DNA from: Felis catus
Taxonomy: Eukaryota
Direction: 5' to 3'
Assembly (NCBI RefSeq): GCF_018350175.1
Contig: NC_058369.1
Coordinates: 14,200,001 to 14,264,000, forward strand
Length of the DNA stretch: 64,000 nucleotides
Part shown: piece after piece, positions 24,394 through 36,296 of the stretch
Position numbering within the stretch: position 1 is the first letter of the stretch
How the letters are laid out: each line of letters opens with the position of its first letter
The notes under the pieces: generated by a model
What the model was told of the DNA's origin: nothing
Database searches by the model: none
The model's input: only the letters and a program-made list of their open reading frames with translations
Made by a program: the position numbers and the translations under genes

Positions 24394-24514
24394 ATGGCCT
24401 CCAAGCGCATCACCCAGGAGACCTTCGATGCAGCCGTTCGTGAAAACATTGAAGAGTTCGACATGGGACCAGAGGAGGCGGTAAAAGAAGCTGTGGAACA
24501 ATTTGAATCGCAAG
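24394..24514 (+). CDS. ARMC6: ARMC6 first coding exon (exon 24341-24514): [40 protein letters not shown]
   Basis: Acceptor ttgacttctcag|T, Kozak aagATGg (another in-frame ATG at 24388), donor CAAG|gtaggg. Confidence 0.94.
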
Positions 24515-25584
24515 GTAGGGCAGCATGGCTCTGTCCCAGCGCTAGTCTGGCTCTTTGCCCGATAGCCACCTCCAGTCCACAGCTCTTAACATACAGGAGT
24601 GATGTCCTACCGTGGCTCTGTCTTGCCTGTGTGGCAGCCCTGGACCTGTCCCTTCTCTGCACTCTGCCCTGGATAGGCTGGTGGTCTTCTCCCACTTGAC
24701 TCTCGCCCTCCCTCTACTTGCCTTGACCCCACCCAGACATCTACAGGGCTGAGTCCTTCAAAGTGGGTTTCATTTTAATTGAAATCGAACCCATCGATTT
24801 CAGGCTTCTCCTGACCACCTCTCAGGAAACAGGGCCACCTGCCTCCCTGCCCACCTGCATTCTGGCTTGAGTTCATGGGGACAGAAAGGGGTATTGTCAT
24901 ACCTGTTGTCACACAGGGGACCTGTTGTCCCCTGGCCACAGCAGGGACCTCCCCTGCCCCACAGCGGTCCATGGCTAGGGATGGAGAGTCATCTGATAGT
25001 GGCAGAGGCAGGGAGCTGGGAATGAGTACCCCACCGTACCGCTCCTGATCTCCAGTCCTGGTCCCTGTTGGCCAAGCCCAGTCAGATACCAGAGGGCAAG
25101 GGAACCCAGGGTCCAACTTCTGTGTCCTGGGCACAGAGTGGGGTATAGACACTGGACAGCGACTAGAGGAGTACCCAGAAGTGTTCTGTGCAATGGGGCC
25201 TTCCTTGGTGGTGCCAGGGTGGGTGAGGACACAATGGGAGGATGCAGGGTAAGGAGCAATGGGAGCCCCAAGGGATAAGCCCCATCTCCATTCACCAGGT
25301 AGAATGTGTCCCTCACTGCAGTGTGGCCTGCAGCCTCACTACTGCTCTGCTCCCATTGGTTGGAGAGGGTCAAAGGGCAAAGACCACCCCCTTGCCACAT
25401 CGTTATACCCCTGTATGGATGTGGCTACTGGGCCCTGGTGCAGAGGGTTTGGGGTGGGGAGCTGGGTAGACCTCCAAAGGTCTCCAGAGTGGGGTGGTCC
25501 CTGAAGAAGGGACATGAGGTATATTCCAGCAGGCCTATCGGGATGATGGCTGTCACTTGTTTCCTGATTCCCCCACCCCCACAG

Positions 25585-25667
25585 GGGTGGATCTGAGCAA
25601 CATTATAAAGCTGGCACCCAAAGTCTCTGCAGATGGACCCCAGGAGCCTACACATGACATCCTCCAG
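25585..25667 (+). CDS. ARMC6: ARMC6 coding exon 2 (83 nt): [28 protein letters not shown]
   Basis: ccccacag|GG ... CAG|gtagga; frame continuous. Confidence 0.94.
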
Positions 25668-26744
25668 GTAGGAAGGGGTGGCCCATGTGGACAAGGCTGG
25701 CCTTACACATGTGGTTCCACCTTTTAACGGTCTGTTAGGGATACCTTTTCATTGGTTACCAGATGGCAGATACAGGCTCTGAAGGGCAGGCACCCAGCAT
25801 GTACACGCAAGCCTGAGCTGTAGCCAGGGCTCCCTGAGTTAACATTTGAGGGCCTTTTGGGGCTGGATGGTGTTCATGGTAGTCCCTGGTGTTGGGAGCT
25901 TTGGGGGATAGGGAGCCATGGAGGAGTCTCTTGGGAGGAGCCTCCCAACCACTGAGTTTGCTCAGAGACGGACAGGAATTGCAGGAAGAGAATGGGACCC
26001 TAATAAGACTGTCACCTATTAAGCACTGACTGTTCACCAGCACATTACAGCCTGCCCTCTTAGCACTAAAACTGGCCTGCGAGGTAGGTGGTCCCTGACT
26101 TACTGATGGGGAAACAGAGACCCAGAGCCTGTCTTCACTCTCCAGCACCCAAGCAAGGAAGGTAAAGTTCACAGAAGTTAAATGCTTTCCTTAAGATCAT
26201 CCATCAAACACTGATAAAACAGCTCTTGATGAAACAGCAAAAGGCTCTAGTGTTTATTGAAAACTGACTATGGAATCAGTTCTGTGCAAGGTGCTTTCTT
26301 TGTGCTATATCAAGTTATTCTCCCAAAGACCCAAGGTTGAGATTATTATCCTTATTTATACCCACAGATGGGTACTGCAAAGAGGAAAAAAATGATTTAC
26401 CTGACAAGAGAGTGTAGTGATAAAAGAGGAAGTTAGAAGACACAGCCCTGGGTGTGAACCCAGCTCTGCCCAAGGCAAGGTATTTACTTCTCCCTGCCCC
26501 AGCTTCCTCACCATCTCCTGCCTCACAGAGGTTTTGAGAAAATTCTCATTGTTGTTTTGACTTATTTGCTAGTAAGGATGAATATATTTTAAAATAAGCT
26601 TGCTGTCTTGACCATTTTTTTATTGGGCTGTTCATCGTGTTCTTATTGATTTGTAGATGCCCTTTACATATGAACCATCTCAGTCACAATAGTCTTTAGT
26701 AATCACTGAGTATTTCTTAAGTGCTCAGCATTGTGCTAAATTCT

Positions 26745-26965
26745 TTTTTTTTCTTAATTTTTTTTTTAAATCTTTATTTATTTTGAGAGAGAGACTAAGT
26801 GTGAGCAGGGGAGGAGCTGAGGGGAGGGAGACACAGAATCAGAAGCAGGCTCCAGGCCCTGAGCTGTTAGCACAGAGCCCAATGCAGGGCTCGAACTCAC
26901 GAACCCTGAGATCATGACCTGAGCCAAAGTCGGACGCTTAACCAACTGAGTCACCCAGATGCCCC
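26745..26965 (-). mobile_element. Can-SINE
   Basis: Typical antisense body. Confidence 0.9.
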
Positions 26966-27659
26966 TGTGGTAAAGTCTTAAAACATATTATTTCAATCTG
27001 TTGTTAGTCCATTTTGCTGCTCAGGAATCTGAGGCTTCCCAAAGATAACTGACTCAGCTGTGATCATAGCCAGTGAGGGACAGAGCTGGGACTCCGACCC
27101 AGGTCCCTCTTCCAGGAGAGTCAAGCTGGGAACAGCTCTGATGTTTTTACCAGCAGTATAGGAAACTCCATTTATTTACAACCTTTGCTCTTTTACTCCA
27201 CTTAATTTGACTTTAAAATTTTTATTTTTCATTATTGAAGAAGAATGTGAATGTATCTGGCATAAAAGATTTAAGTAGTAGTCAAGCATTTATAGCAAAA
27301 TCTGAAAGTCCCTGTCATATCTCTCCCATCAACCCCTTCTCTCCCTTTCCATGTGGGAGGCTCCACACACATTGGGTTTCATATCCTCCCAGCCTTATTC
27401 TCACCTTGAAGTTGAATGAGCCCCTTCTCGTGCCACAGCACCGTTGACCTCAGTTGTTGTGGCTCCGATGTGTGAAAAAGGCTTATCTGTAGAAGGAGAA
27501 AAATTCAACTCCATGATGCCTTTTGAAAGGAATCTACCAGAGTCATGAAACTTGTTGCCCACAGACTTGTAGAAACAAAACCAAGAAGTCCTGGAACTCT
27601 CTGAGTACAAATGAACCAGACCAGTTTGGTTTTATTATTTTACTATTTTTTTAATTAAA

Positions 27660-27854
27660 AAAATTTTTTTTATGTTTATTTATTTTTGAGGTGGGGGGAG
27701 GGGCAGAGAGAGAGAGGGAGACACAGAATCCAAAGCAGACTCCAGGCTCTGAGCTGTCAGCACAGAGCCCGATGCAGAGCTCGAACTCACCAACCGTGAG
27801 ATCATGACCTGAGCTGAAGTCGGATGCTTAACTAACTGAGCCACCCAGGCGCCC
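27660..27854 (-). mobile_element. Can-SINE
   Basis: Typical antisense body. Confidence 0.9.
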
Positions 27855-28284
27855 TGGACTGGTTTTATATGTGAGGAGTTTCAGAATAAAGGCCATCAGT
27901 CATAGAGAGAAGGACCCCAGGGTGGAGGACAAAACCCCTAACACAATGCCGAGTTGTCACAGGTGGAGCACAGTTGGCTCTGCCACCTTCACGTTAGCCA
28001 CTGTCCTTTCCTCAGCCATCAGCAGGGTCACAGCACCTAGGGACCGTGAAGACCACCAGCCAGCTCAGAGACTCGCCTTCCTGATGTGACCCAGGACAGG
28101 AAGAGATTCCCCATAAATTGAATGGTTACTAGGATGCCAATTTTGGTCATTTTCTTTTTCTGTCTTACCTTACTAAACCCAGAGTATGAGAACTCCAGCA
28201 CTATGCATCCTCAATGGCACTTGTGGCCCGGCTTTTCAAGTTTCTTGCAGGGTTCCTGCTAAAATGCTACATTCCCTGTCTTGG

Positions 28285-28962
28285 GTCTATGGTAAAATAT
28301 ATGTAACACAAATTCACCATCTTAGCCATTTCTAAGCGTATGGTTCAGCAACATTAAGTATAGTCACATTGATGTGCAGCCATCCCCACCATCCATTTCC
28401 AGGACTTTCTTGGATTCTCAGACTGAAACTGTCCCCACTAAACACGAACTCCCCACTCTCTCCTTCAGCCCCTGGCCATTCTACTTTCTGTCTCTATGAC
28501 TGTGACTCCTCTAGGGACCTCCTGTAAGTAGAATCACACAGTATTTATCCTTTTGGGTCCTGCTCATTTTCCTGAGCATAAGGTCCTCAGGGTTCATCCA
28601 TGTTGTCACCTGGGTCAGAATTTTGTTCCTTTTTATGGCTAATAATATCCCATTGTGTGACTGGACTACCTTCGGTTTATCCATTCATCCATGGATGGAA
28701 ATTTGGGTTGTGTCCACCTTTTGTCTACTGTAAGTAATGCTGCTGTAAACGTGGATATACAAATATCTCTTCAAGACTGCTTTCAGTCCTTGTGAGTATG
28801 TACTCGGAACTGGGATTGCTGGATCATATGGTAATTCTCTATTTAATTTTTTGAGGAACTTCTAGGCCATTTTCCACAATGGGTGCAGCAATTCACATTC
28901 CCACCAGCAACACACAAGGGCTCCATTCCTCCACATCCTCATTAGCGCTTGTTATTTTCTGG

Positions 28963-29014
<52 letters not shown>

Positions 29015-29155
29015 ATTGTAGCCATCTTGTAATGGATATGAGGGTATCTCATTGTGGTTTTGATTTGCATTTCCCTAATGACTGGTTATGTGGAACATCT
29101 TTTCACATGGCGATTGGCCACCAGTGTATCCTCTTTGGTAAATGTCTATTCAAGT
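28285..29155 (-). mobile_element. L1 3' region (ORF2 end/3'UTR), degraded, with (TG)n at ~28966-29012
   Basis: gggattgctggatcatatggtaattctctatttaattttttgaggaac...cattcccaccagcaa...ttgatttgcatttccctaatga. Confidence 0.88.
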
Positions 29156-29449
29156 CACATTCTCTGCTTCTAGTCCATTAATATTCCATGTCATTGAAAC
29201 ATATGCTCAGGTAACTCTACAAATCTAGCTCAGTGAGGGTTGTCCAATGGGCATCCTAGCCTTTCAGGGCAGTTGTGGCTAAATCAAAGCCCTTTGGGTT
29301 GGGTTGATGGTTATCTGTAGAACTGCCTTCCCTGGGGCCAGGGGCCAGTGATTTCCTGAGCTCCAGGAGGCTTGGGCTCATCTTAGACTCATTGCTGAGA
29401 CAGGTGTGGAGGTGATGGGAGTTAAATGGTGGCTAGACTTGTATGCTCT

Positions 29450-29651
29450 TTTTTGTTTAGTTTATATGTGAGAGAGAGACGGAGTGCAAGTGGGGGAGGG
29501 GCAGAGAGAGAGGGAGACACAGAATCTGAAGCAGGTTCCAGACTTGGAGCTGTCAGCACAGAGCCCAATAGAGGGCTCGAACTCACAAATCATGAGATCA
29601 TGACCTGAGCCAAAGTCAGACGCTTAACTGACTGAGCCACCCAGGTGCCCC
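29450..29651 (-). mobile_element. Can-SINE
   Basis: Typical antisense body. Confidence 0.9.
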
Positions 29652-30257
29652 TGTATACTCTTTTCAAATTGTTTTCTCTTGTTATTACTTTTCCCCCCAA
29701 GGGCTTTGTGTTGAATTGGGGTAAATCAACAGTATGTCTGGTGTGGTTTCATTTGGCAGATATATATCTGTGGAGTGAATGGGAGAGACAAACAGGAGAC
29801 ATCTGGTATCGGCAGGTCTGGCAAAGGTAGCTTTCACCTTCCTCGGAGAGCTGGCCACTAGAGGGTGCGTTAGTTACAGTTGCATGATAGGCAGCCCCAA
29901 ACAGCAGCCGTTTTATGTTCCTTATGATTCAGCTGGGTTGACTGAGCTCAGCCAGATGGTTCTTCTGCCGGTCTCTCTTGGACCCTCTTGCAATGGCAGC
30001 TGGGGCTAGAATGTTTAATTTGTCAGCATTCATGTGTGTGGCTCCTTGGAGGGACGCTGAGATAACTGGGTCTGTCCTTCTCTATGTGGCCTCTAATGCT
30101 CAAAGCTCCTAAAAGCACAAGGTGGAAGCTGCCACAGCTGGACTGAATTTCCACCACAGCCCTAGATCCCAGAAGAGGGAAGCACGCGGGGGTGCAACAC
30201 TCACCGTGGAACCTCTTCGGGCTGAGCTGACACTGAGGCTTCTCCCGTGTCCTCTAG

Positions 30258-30831
30258 GCCCTGGATGACCTGCAGGAGTCCGTGGCCCACTCTCGCCCCC
30301 AGGAAGTGTCAGCGCATCTTGCCCGCTTTTTTGAGCAGTGCAAGCAGCACAAACCTTGCCGCTTCCTGGCAGCCCAGAAAGGGGCCTACCCCATCCTTCT
30401 CGCTGCCTGGAAGCTTGCTGTAGTGAGTGACCAGGGCCTCCTGCTCCAGGCCCTCAATGCCGTGTCGGCCCTGACCGAAGGCCAGCCCGATCTCCTGGAC
30501 ACCCAGGGCTTGCAGTTGCTGGTGACCACGCTGGCCCAGAATGCCGATGCAGCCGATCTGACCTGTTCTGGGATCCGCTGTGTGTGCCATGCCTGCCTGA
30601 AGCACGAGCAGAATCGGCAGAGCCTGGTGAAGGCCGGTGTGCTGCCCCTGCTGACCGGGGCCATCACCCGGCATGGTCACTGCGCCGATGTGGTCAAGGA
30701 GGCCTGCTGGGCCCTCCGAGTCATGACCTTCGATGATGACATCCGTGTGCCCTTTGGCCGTGCCCACGACCATGCCAAGATGATTGTGCAGGAGAATGGA
30801 GGCTTGAAGGTGCTCATTGAGGCCGCCAAAG
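30258..30831 (+). CDS. ARMC6: ARMC6 coding exon 3 (574 nt), armadillo repeats
   Basis: cctctag|GCC ... AAAG|gtaaga; ORF 30282..30944 with [14 protein letters not shown] and [12 protein letters not shown]. Confidence 0.96.
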
Positions 30832-31539
30832 GTAAGAGCAGGTGTGAAAGAGAGAGTTGGGTTTTAAGATTACTTCAGGCTGGCCCCAGAAGATTACTTC
30901 TGCTTACCTCTTTTGGCTTACCCTCACCCACACGGCAGCCTTAGTGGAACAGTGTACCTACTCTTGGTTGCTGCTCTTGGGGAGTTCCAGGCCAGTGCTC
31001 GTTGGCCAGGACCAAATTTTGTGCCCATTTCTGGAGCCATTTGGGGGAGGGGTTTGGCTCTGTCCACTCACACAGAGTGGAGAAGGGAGGGCTTCCCAAG
31101 GGGACAAATAAGGGTGTTTCCCAAAGATGGTCCCCAGTAGAGGTTTACACTTTGGTTCATACTTAGCCACAAATTCTTAGGCATGTACATGTTCTTGACT
31201 AGGGTGATCCTGGCGAGCCAGCCACAGGAGGTCACAGTGCTAATGTTCAGACCCTAAATTCCCTGCCTCTGTCCACTGTACCCACCAGAAAAGGCCTGAC
31301 TGGTTTGATGCATAGAAGATGCTAGAAGAATGAATTCTTCCCAGCCTGCCTGTGGCTCTGGCTCTATGGCTAGGCTTGTGTGTTTGACTCTGGCCCTGTC
31401 TTCTGGAGAGACAGGCTTGCCTCAGTTTCTTCTCCACACCTCCGGAGAGGGTGAAAACAGGTTCTGACTATCTGCAAAGTCGGCTGCTTTTCTGAGGGGT
31501 AGTTTACATCTTTCTTGTTTACCAGCAGGAATTCCTACC

Positions 31540-31850
31540 AGTCAGGGTTCTACCAGAGAAGCAGAACTAGTGGGATCTGTTTGTGTATGTATATGTATAT
31601 TTATTTCAAGGAATTGGCCCATGTGGCTGTGGGGCTGCTGAGTCTGAAATCCATGGAGCAGGCTTGAGAGGAGCCAACATCACAGTCCTCCAACCAGCTT
31701 CTTCCTCTTCAGGAAGACCTTAGTTTCCCTCTAAGGCCTTCGGCTGACTGGACAAGGCCCACCCAGACCATCGGGGTCATCTTGAAGTCGGCCGTTCGTA
31801 GATGTCACCACATCTAGAGATACCTCTACTCAGATTAGTGTTCATGCCAT
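31540..31850. mobile_element. MLT2-like (ERVL) solo LTR fragment
   Basis: gtcagggttctaccagagaagcagaac...ggaattggcccatgtggctgtggggct...taaggccttcggctgactggacaaggcccaccca. Confidence 0.7.
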
Positions 31851-32444
31851 TGCTGGGTGCTGCACCCTATCCCGGGGTGGGGGTGGGGGGGCATACCAAC
31901 GGACTGTCACAGAGCTCTGTATAAATTATGGCTATCCGCCACCCCCCATGTGGGCCTCAGTGCAGGCAGGCGTCTCCTCCCTCGTGCCTCTGAACTTAGT
32001 CTTCGGCATCTGTGTTCAATTTTGCCTGGGTCAACTCTATCCATATGTCCCTCTACAGTTTCTGGGTTTCCCGTTGCACTTAGAAAGGTCATTCCCACCC
32101 CAAGAACATAAAAATAGCCTTGGATGTTTTATTATAGCACTATTATGGTTTTCTTTTTTTAGTTGAGATCATCAGTTGGTCTGGAATTTATCTGGGACAC
32201 GGTGTGGGGGAGGGCGTGTTCCCGTGTCTTCTCCTGTGGCCAGCAGGGGGCACTGCAGGTTTGGGCAGCCCTGGTGTCCACCCGAGCTCTCCTGTTACTG
32301 GTGGCCACCCTGCCTGGCAGAAGGGCCCAGCTTCCCAGGTTGAGCAGGATGTGTATCAGGACCGCTGGCTCCTGGCTCCAAGCTGGGACTGGTCCTCTCC
32401 CATGTGCTCACCCCCCAGTGATTCCTCTTCTTCGCCCTCCACAG

Positions 32445-32590
32445 CATTCTCTGACAACCCCAGTGTCCTGAGTGAGCTCTGCAGCACCCTATCCCGCCTG
32501 GCTGTCCGCAACGAATTCTGCCAGGAGGTCGTCGACCTTGGGGGCCTCAGTGTCCTGGTGGCCCTCCTGGCCAACTGCAGCGACCACCAG
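32445..32590 (+). CDS. ARMC6: ARMC6 coding exon 4 (146 nt): [35 protein letters not shown]...DHQ
   Basis: ctccacag|CA ... CAG|gtgggc (alternative in-frame donor 24 nt downstream). Confidence 0.92.
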
Positions 32591-33479
32591 GTGGGCCTCC
32601 AGAGCCGTCTTAGGGTGTGATGCCCCCTCATTTGGGTTTCGATTTGTCATTTCTCTTGATGCCAAGGGAGGGTTCCAGACTTCTCAGTGAACTCTGCCCC
32701 TCTGGGTCCCTGCCACCCAGACAAGCTTGAACCAGAACATGGTTGACCCCTGAAGCAAAGTGCAGTTTTTCACTTCTCATTGACCCGAGGAAGTAAAGTT
32801 TTTGGGGAAAACAAATCCACCCACCCTCTCTTACTGTTCTCTAGCACCTTTGTATTTTCTGCCAGCAGGGGGAGGAATGCAAGTGGGTGTTGGCAGGGGC
32901 TGGCCCTTACCCTGGCTCAGGTGTGTGAAGCTTGAGTGAGGCAAATCCTTGGTGCCTCGGTTTCCCCACCTGTAAAATGGGGCAGGGACCCCTATTCATT
33001 ATTCTTTCATTTAGCTGTCACATATCAACCCTCTGTGTACATGCCTGGCCTGTGGCAGCAACAGTCCTGTTGTCCCCAACCCCCGCTCATGATGTCACCC
33101 AGGCTCCTTCTGTGCAGGTGACGGAAAGCTGAATTTGACCCAGCTTAAGCAAATGAGGGGATGGATTTTGTTTGTACTTCTGCACTGCCAGGGGTGGGTG
33201 GAGGCTTGGTTTCCCTCCTACTGTTTTCTCTTTCTCTTTCATGGCTCTGCCCCTCACTGGGGAGGTCAGCAGTCCCAGCAGCATCTGGTCAGCTGTCCTC
33301 AGCTCAGGTTGGTTGGCACTCACCTGAGGACTCAGCTGTGGCCAGGGGACCCTGTGCTCTAATTCCTGGTCTGAGCTATATGTCCCCTCTGTGTGTGAGG
33401 GGTTTCAAAGTTGTCCAAATGCCTGGCCTGGACTTAAGTGTAATTCACAGGGTCTACCCCGCTAAGCCTCCCCTGCCTT

Positions 33480-33693
33480 TTTTTTTAACTTTTTTTTTTT
33501 TTTTTTAACATTTATTTACTTTTGAGAGATAGAACATGAGCAGGGGAAGGGCAGAGAGAAAAGGAGACACAGAATCTGAAGCAGACTCCAGGCTCTGAGC
33601 TGTCAGCACAGAGCCAGACACGGGGCTTGAACCCATGAACATGAGATCATGACCTGAAGTCGACGCTTACCTGACTGAGCCACCCAGGTGCCC
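33480..33693 (-). mobile_element. Can-SINE
   Basis: Typical antisense body. Confidence 0.9.
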
Positions 33694-33899
33694 TGCTCCT
33701 TGCCTTTTTTATGCAGCAAGTAATAACACGATGCTTGCGTGCCCCAGGCTGGCCCCACCAATTGTTCAAATAGCAAAACAATCCTAGACCCTCCCTCAAG
33801 ACCCCCTTCCCACCAACCAGCAACCAAGCCGTCAGCGTCTGGCATAGCACAGGAGGATGAGCTGGCCAGAGGTGACCCCCACATTGCCCTCCCTTTTAG

Positions 33900-34031
33900 G
33901 ACCTTGTGAAGCAAGTGTTGAGTGCCCTGAGGGCCATCGCAGGCAATGATGATGTGAAGGATGCCATTGTTCGAGCTGGTGGGACAGAGTCCATCGTGGC
34001 TGTCATGACCCAGCACCTGGCCAGCCCCCAG
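33900..34031 (+). CDS. ARMC6: ARMC6 coding exon 5 (132 nt): [20 protein letters not shown]...SPQ
   Basis: cccttttag|GAC ... CAG|gtacct. Confidence 0.94.
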
Positions 34032-34331
34032 GTACCTACCGCAGGCGGGACGTACACGAGGTGGGGCACAGTGGCTGTATCTGCATGGTGCTCTTTCCCA
34101 TTTCCTCAAGCAGGGCTAGGGCTGGAGTGGGGCACACGAGAGGCCTGGGTTGAGACCTTCAGAGCGTGGTTGATGTTTTTATCCCTTGGTATCACTCTGG
34201 TTATTCCTGATCTGGTATATACATGGGCTGGCAGCCATCTATCCAGGTGAAATTGCAGGGCACTCACCTGGGGGATTAACTGTGGGGGCCCGCCAGGGCA
34301 TCTGTCTCAGCCATTCCCATGACGCCCACAG

Positions 34332-34469
34332 GTGTGCGAGCAGAGCTGTGCAGCCCTGTGCGTCCTGGCCCTGCGAAAGCCAGAGAACAGCCGGGTCATC
34401 ATGGAGGGTGGCGGGGCCCTGGCTGCATTGCAGGCCATGAAGGCACACCCGCAAGAGGCCGGAGTGCAG
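34332..34469 (+). CDS. ARMC6: ARMC6 coding exon 6 (138 nt): [20 protein letters not shown]...GVQ
   Basis: cccacag|GTG ... CAG|gtgagc. Confidence 0.94.
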
Positions 34470-35540
34470 GTGAGCCTGGGGATAGGAGGAGGGAGCAGGT
34501 CTCAGGCCCTCCCTGTCCCTGTCCCTATCAAAGCCCAGTTCTCTCAAGGTCTCTACTTCTCAGCCCCCCGGAGTCCTATATCTGTTTCCCAGTTCTGCCC
34601 ACGGCTGTCTTCCTGTTCCTTTGCTGTTCCTGCAGTGATCTTTTCCTTTCCTAACAGACCCTATAGAGGGATAGTTCGAGGAGCGGGAGATGGGAGGAGA
34701 GCAGGTGGGGATCTGCTGGAACCTTTGGAAAGCTCCTTGCTGACCATGGCCACTCCTTCATGTTCTGCATGCAGGACCCACTGTCCATACCTTACTGGGG
34801 AGTCAGGGAAGCCGAGCAGTAGACAAGGCTGTGCGTGCCCCTGCCGGAGACCCACACACCTCCCTGTATCTTCCAGGACTGTCCCCACCTCCCCCACTCC
34901 CACCTCTTGCACCCTCCCAGCACAGGGGCCTCCTTGTTGGTCCTTAGACACACCAGGCTCTGTCCCACTCAGGGCCTTTCTGCCGATAGTGTCTCCTCTG
35001 GGACACTGTGCCCTTGGCTCGCTCATCACCTTGCCCACGCTTGATCACCCTGGCCAGACAGCCCCTCGCACCTCCCTTCCTCATCTAGCCTCCCAATGGT
35101 GCGGTGCTTTGTGGCACCCACACATGGCAGAGGAGCAGGGCAGAGATGTTGGCTGAATGGGTGATGATGTAATTGACAGGTGGACCCCGTGCACAACCCC
35201 CCTCTTCCCACTGACTCTCTGCTGGCTCTTGCCAGCCTCAGGGGATCTTGCTCTGAGACAGAGGGTCCTACACCTGAGGGATCTGCCCCACCTGCCAAGT
35301 ACTTGGCTGCCCCGAGCTTCAGTTTCCTCGCTTGGGAGATGGGGAAATCAGCCCTGCCTCCCGGGGCAGCTGAGAGGATGAAGTGGAGACATGAACCTAG
35401 CCTGATGAACCACAGCGTAGGTACCTGCTGTATGTTGGTTGTGGTCATCTTTGCCCCGTTGTGTTATGGTGAGCGCCCCAAGGTCAGAGTAGACCCCATG
35501 CACCAGCTTACAGCCACTCACCTTCAGTTCTCCCTCCCAG

Positions 35541-35753
35541 AAACAGGCCTGCATGCTGATCCGTAACCTGGTGGCTCGAAGCCAGGCCTTTTCACAGCCC
35601 ATCCTGGACCTGGGGGCTGAAGCACTCATCTTGCAGGCCCGTGCTGCCCACCGTGACTGTGAGGACGTGGCCAAAGCTGCCTTGCGGGACCTTGGCTGCC
35701 GCGTTGAGCTCCGGGAGCTGTGGACTGGCCAAAAGGGCAACCTGGCGCCATGA
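35541..35753 (+). CDS. ARMC6: ARMC6 last coding exon: [11 protein letters not shown]...[15 protein letters not shown]; spliced CDS 1407 nt = 468 aa
   Basis: tccctcccag|AAA; TGA at 35751-35753; all exon phases sum to an uninterrupted frame. Confidence 0.95.
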   Translation, partial: KQACMLIRNLVARSQAFSQPILDLGAEALILQARAAHRDCEDVAKAALRDLGCRVELRELWTGQKGNLAP

Positions 35754-36290
35754 CCCCAGGCTCAGTCTGGGCCGTGGCTCTGGATGAGTCATATGACTCA
35801 GGAATAGGGAGGAGGTCTGCGTCCTGCCACTCTACTCCCCGGATTCCTCCCCCACTCAGCAAGAGGTGTTTTCTGATGGGATCAGGTACCAGGTACCGGG
35901 CTAGGGTGTGAAGGGAGCATTGGTGAAGCATCTACACAGCAGAAAGCAGCTCCTGGGACCTGGTCTCTGTTCACCTCGTTCCCCTCACCAGCCAACAGCA
36001 TTGGTGTTACTCATCCTGCCCTCTCACCCCCACCCCATGCCCCTTCCTACCAGAATGGCCTCCTTAGCATTGCCCAGGGGTGATGTGCTGATTGAAAGAT
36101 TGAAATTTAGAAGCCTGCCGGCCAATCTCACAGCAGGGTGGGGCCCTGCTTCAGCTCCTACAAGTCTGTTTTCTCCCCTGCTGGTCTGTCACTTGTAATA
36201 TGGGTTGCACGTGCCTTGCTCTGCTGGACAGAGGGCGAGGACCAAGCTCTTCTGCCTCCAGGGGTCCCAGACCAGTCAGTACTGCCCAGT

Positions 36291-36296
36291 AATAAA
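36291..36296 (+). terminator. ARMC6: Probable ARMC6 polyadenylation signal
   Basis: First AATAAA I find downstream of the stop codon (~540 nt 3'UTR). Confidence 0.7.

Noticed and set aside
34470..35156. ORF 34332..35156 continuing 228 codons past the ARMC6 exon
   Set aside because: Strong donor CAG|gtgagc at 34470 and the conserved C-terminus lies in the next exon; the read-through is GC-rich intron
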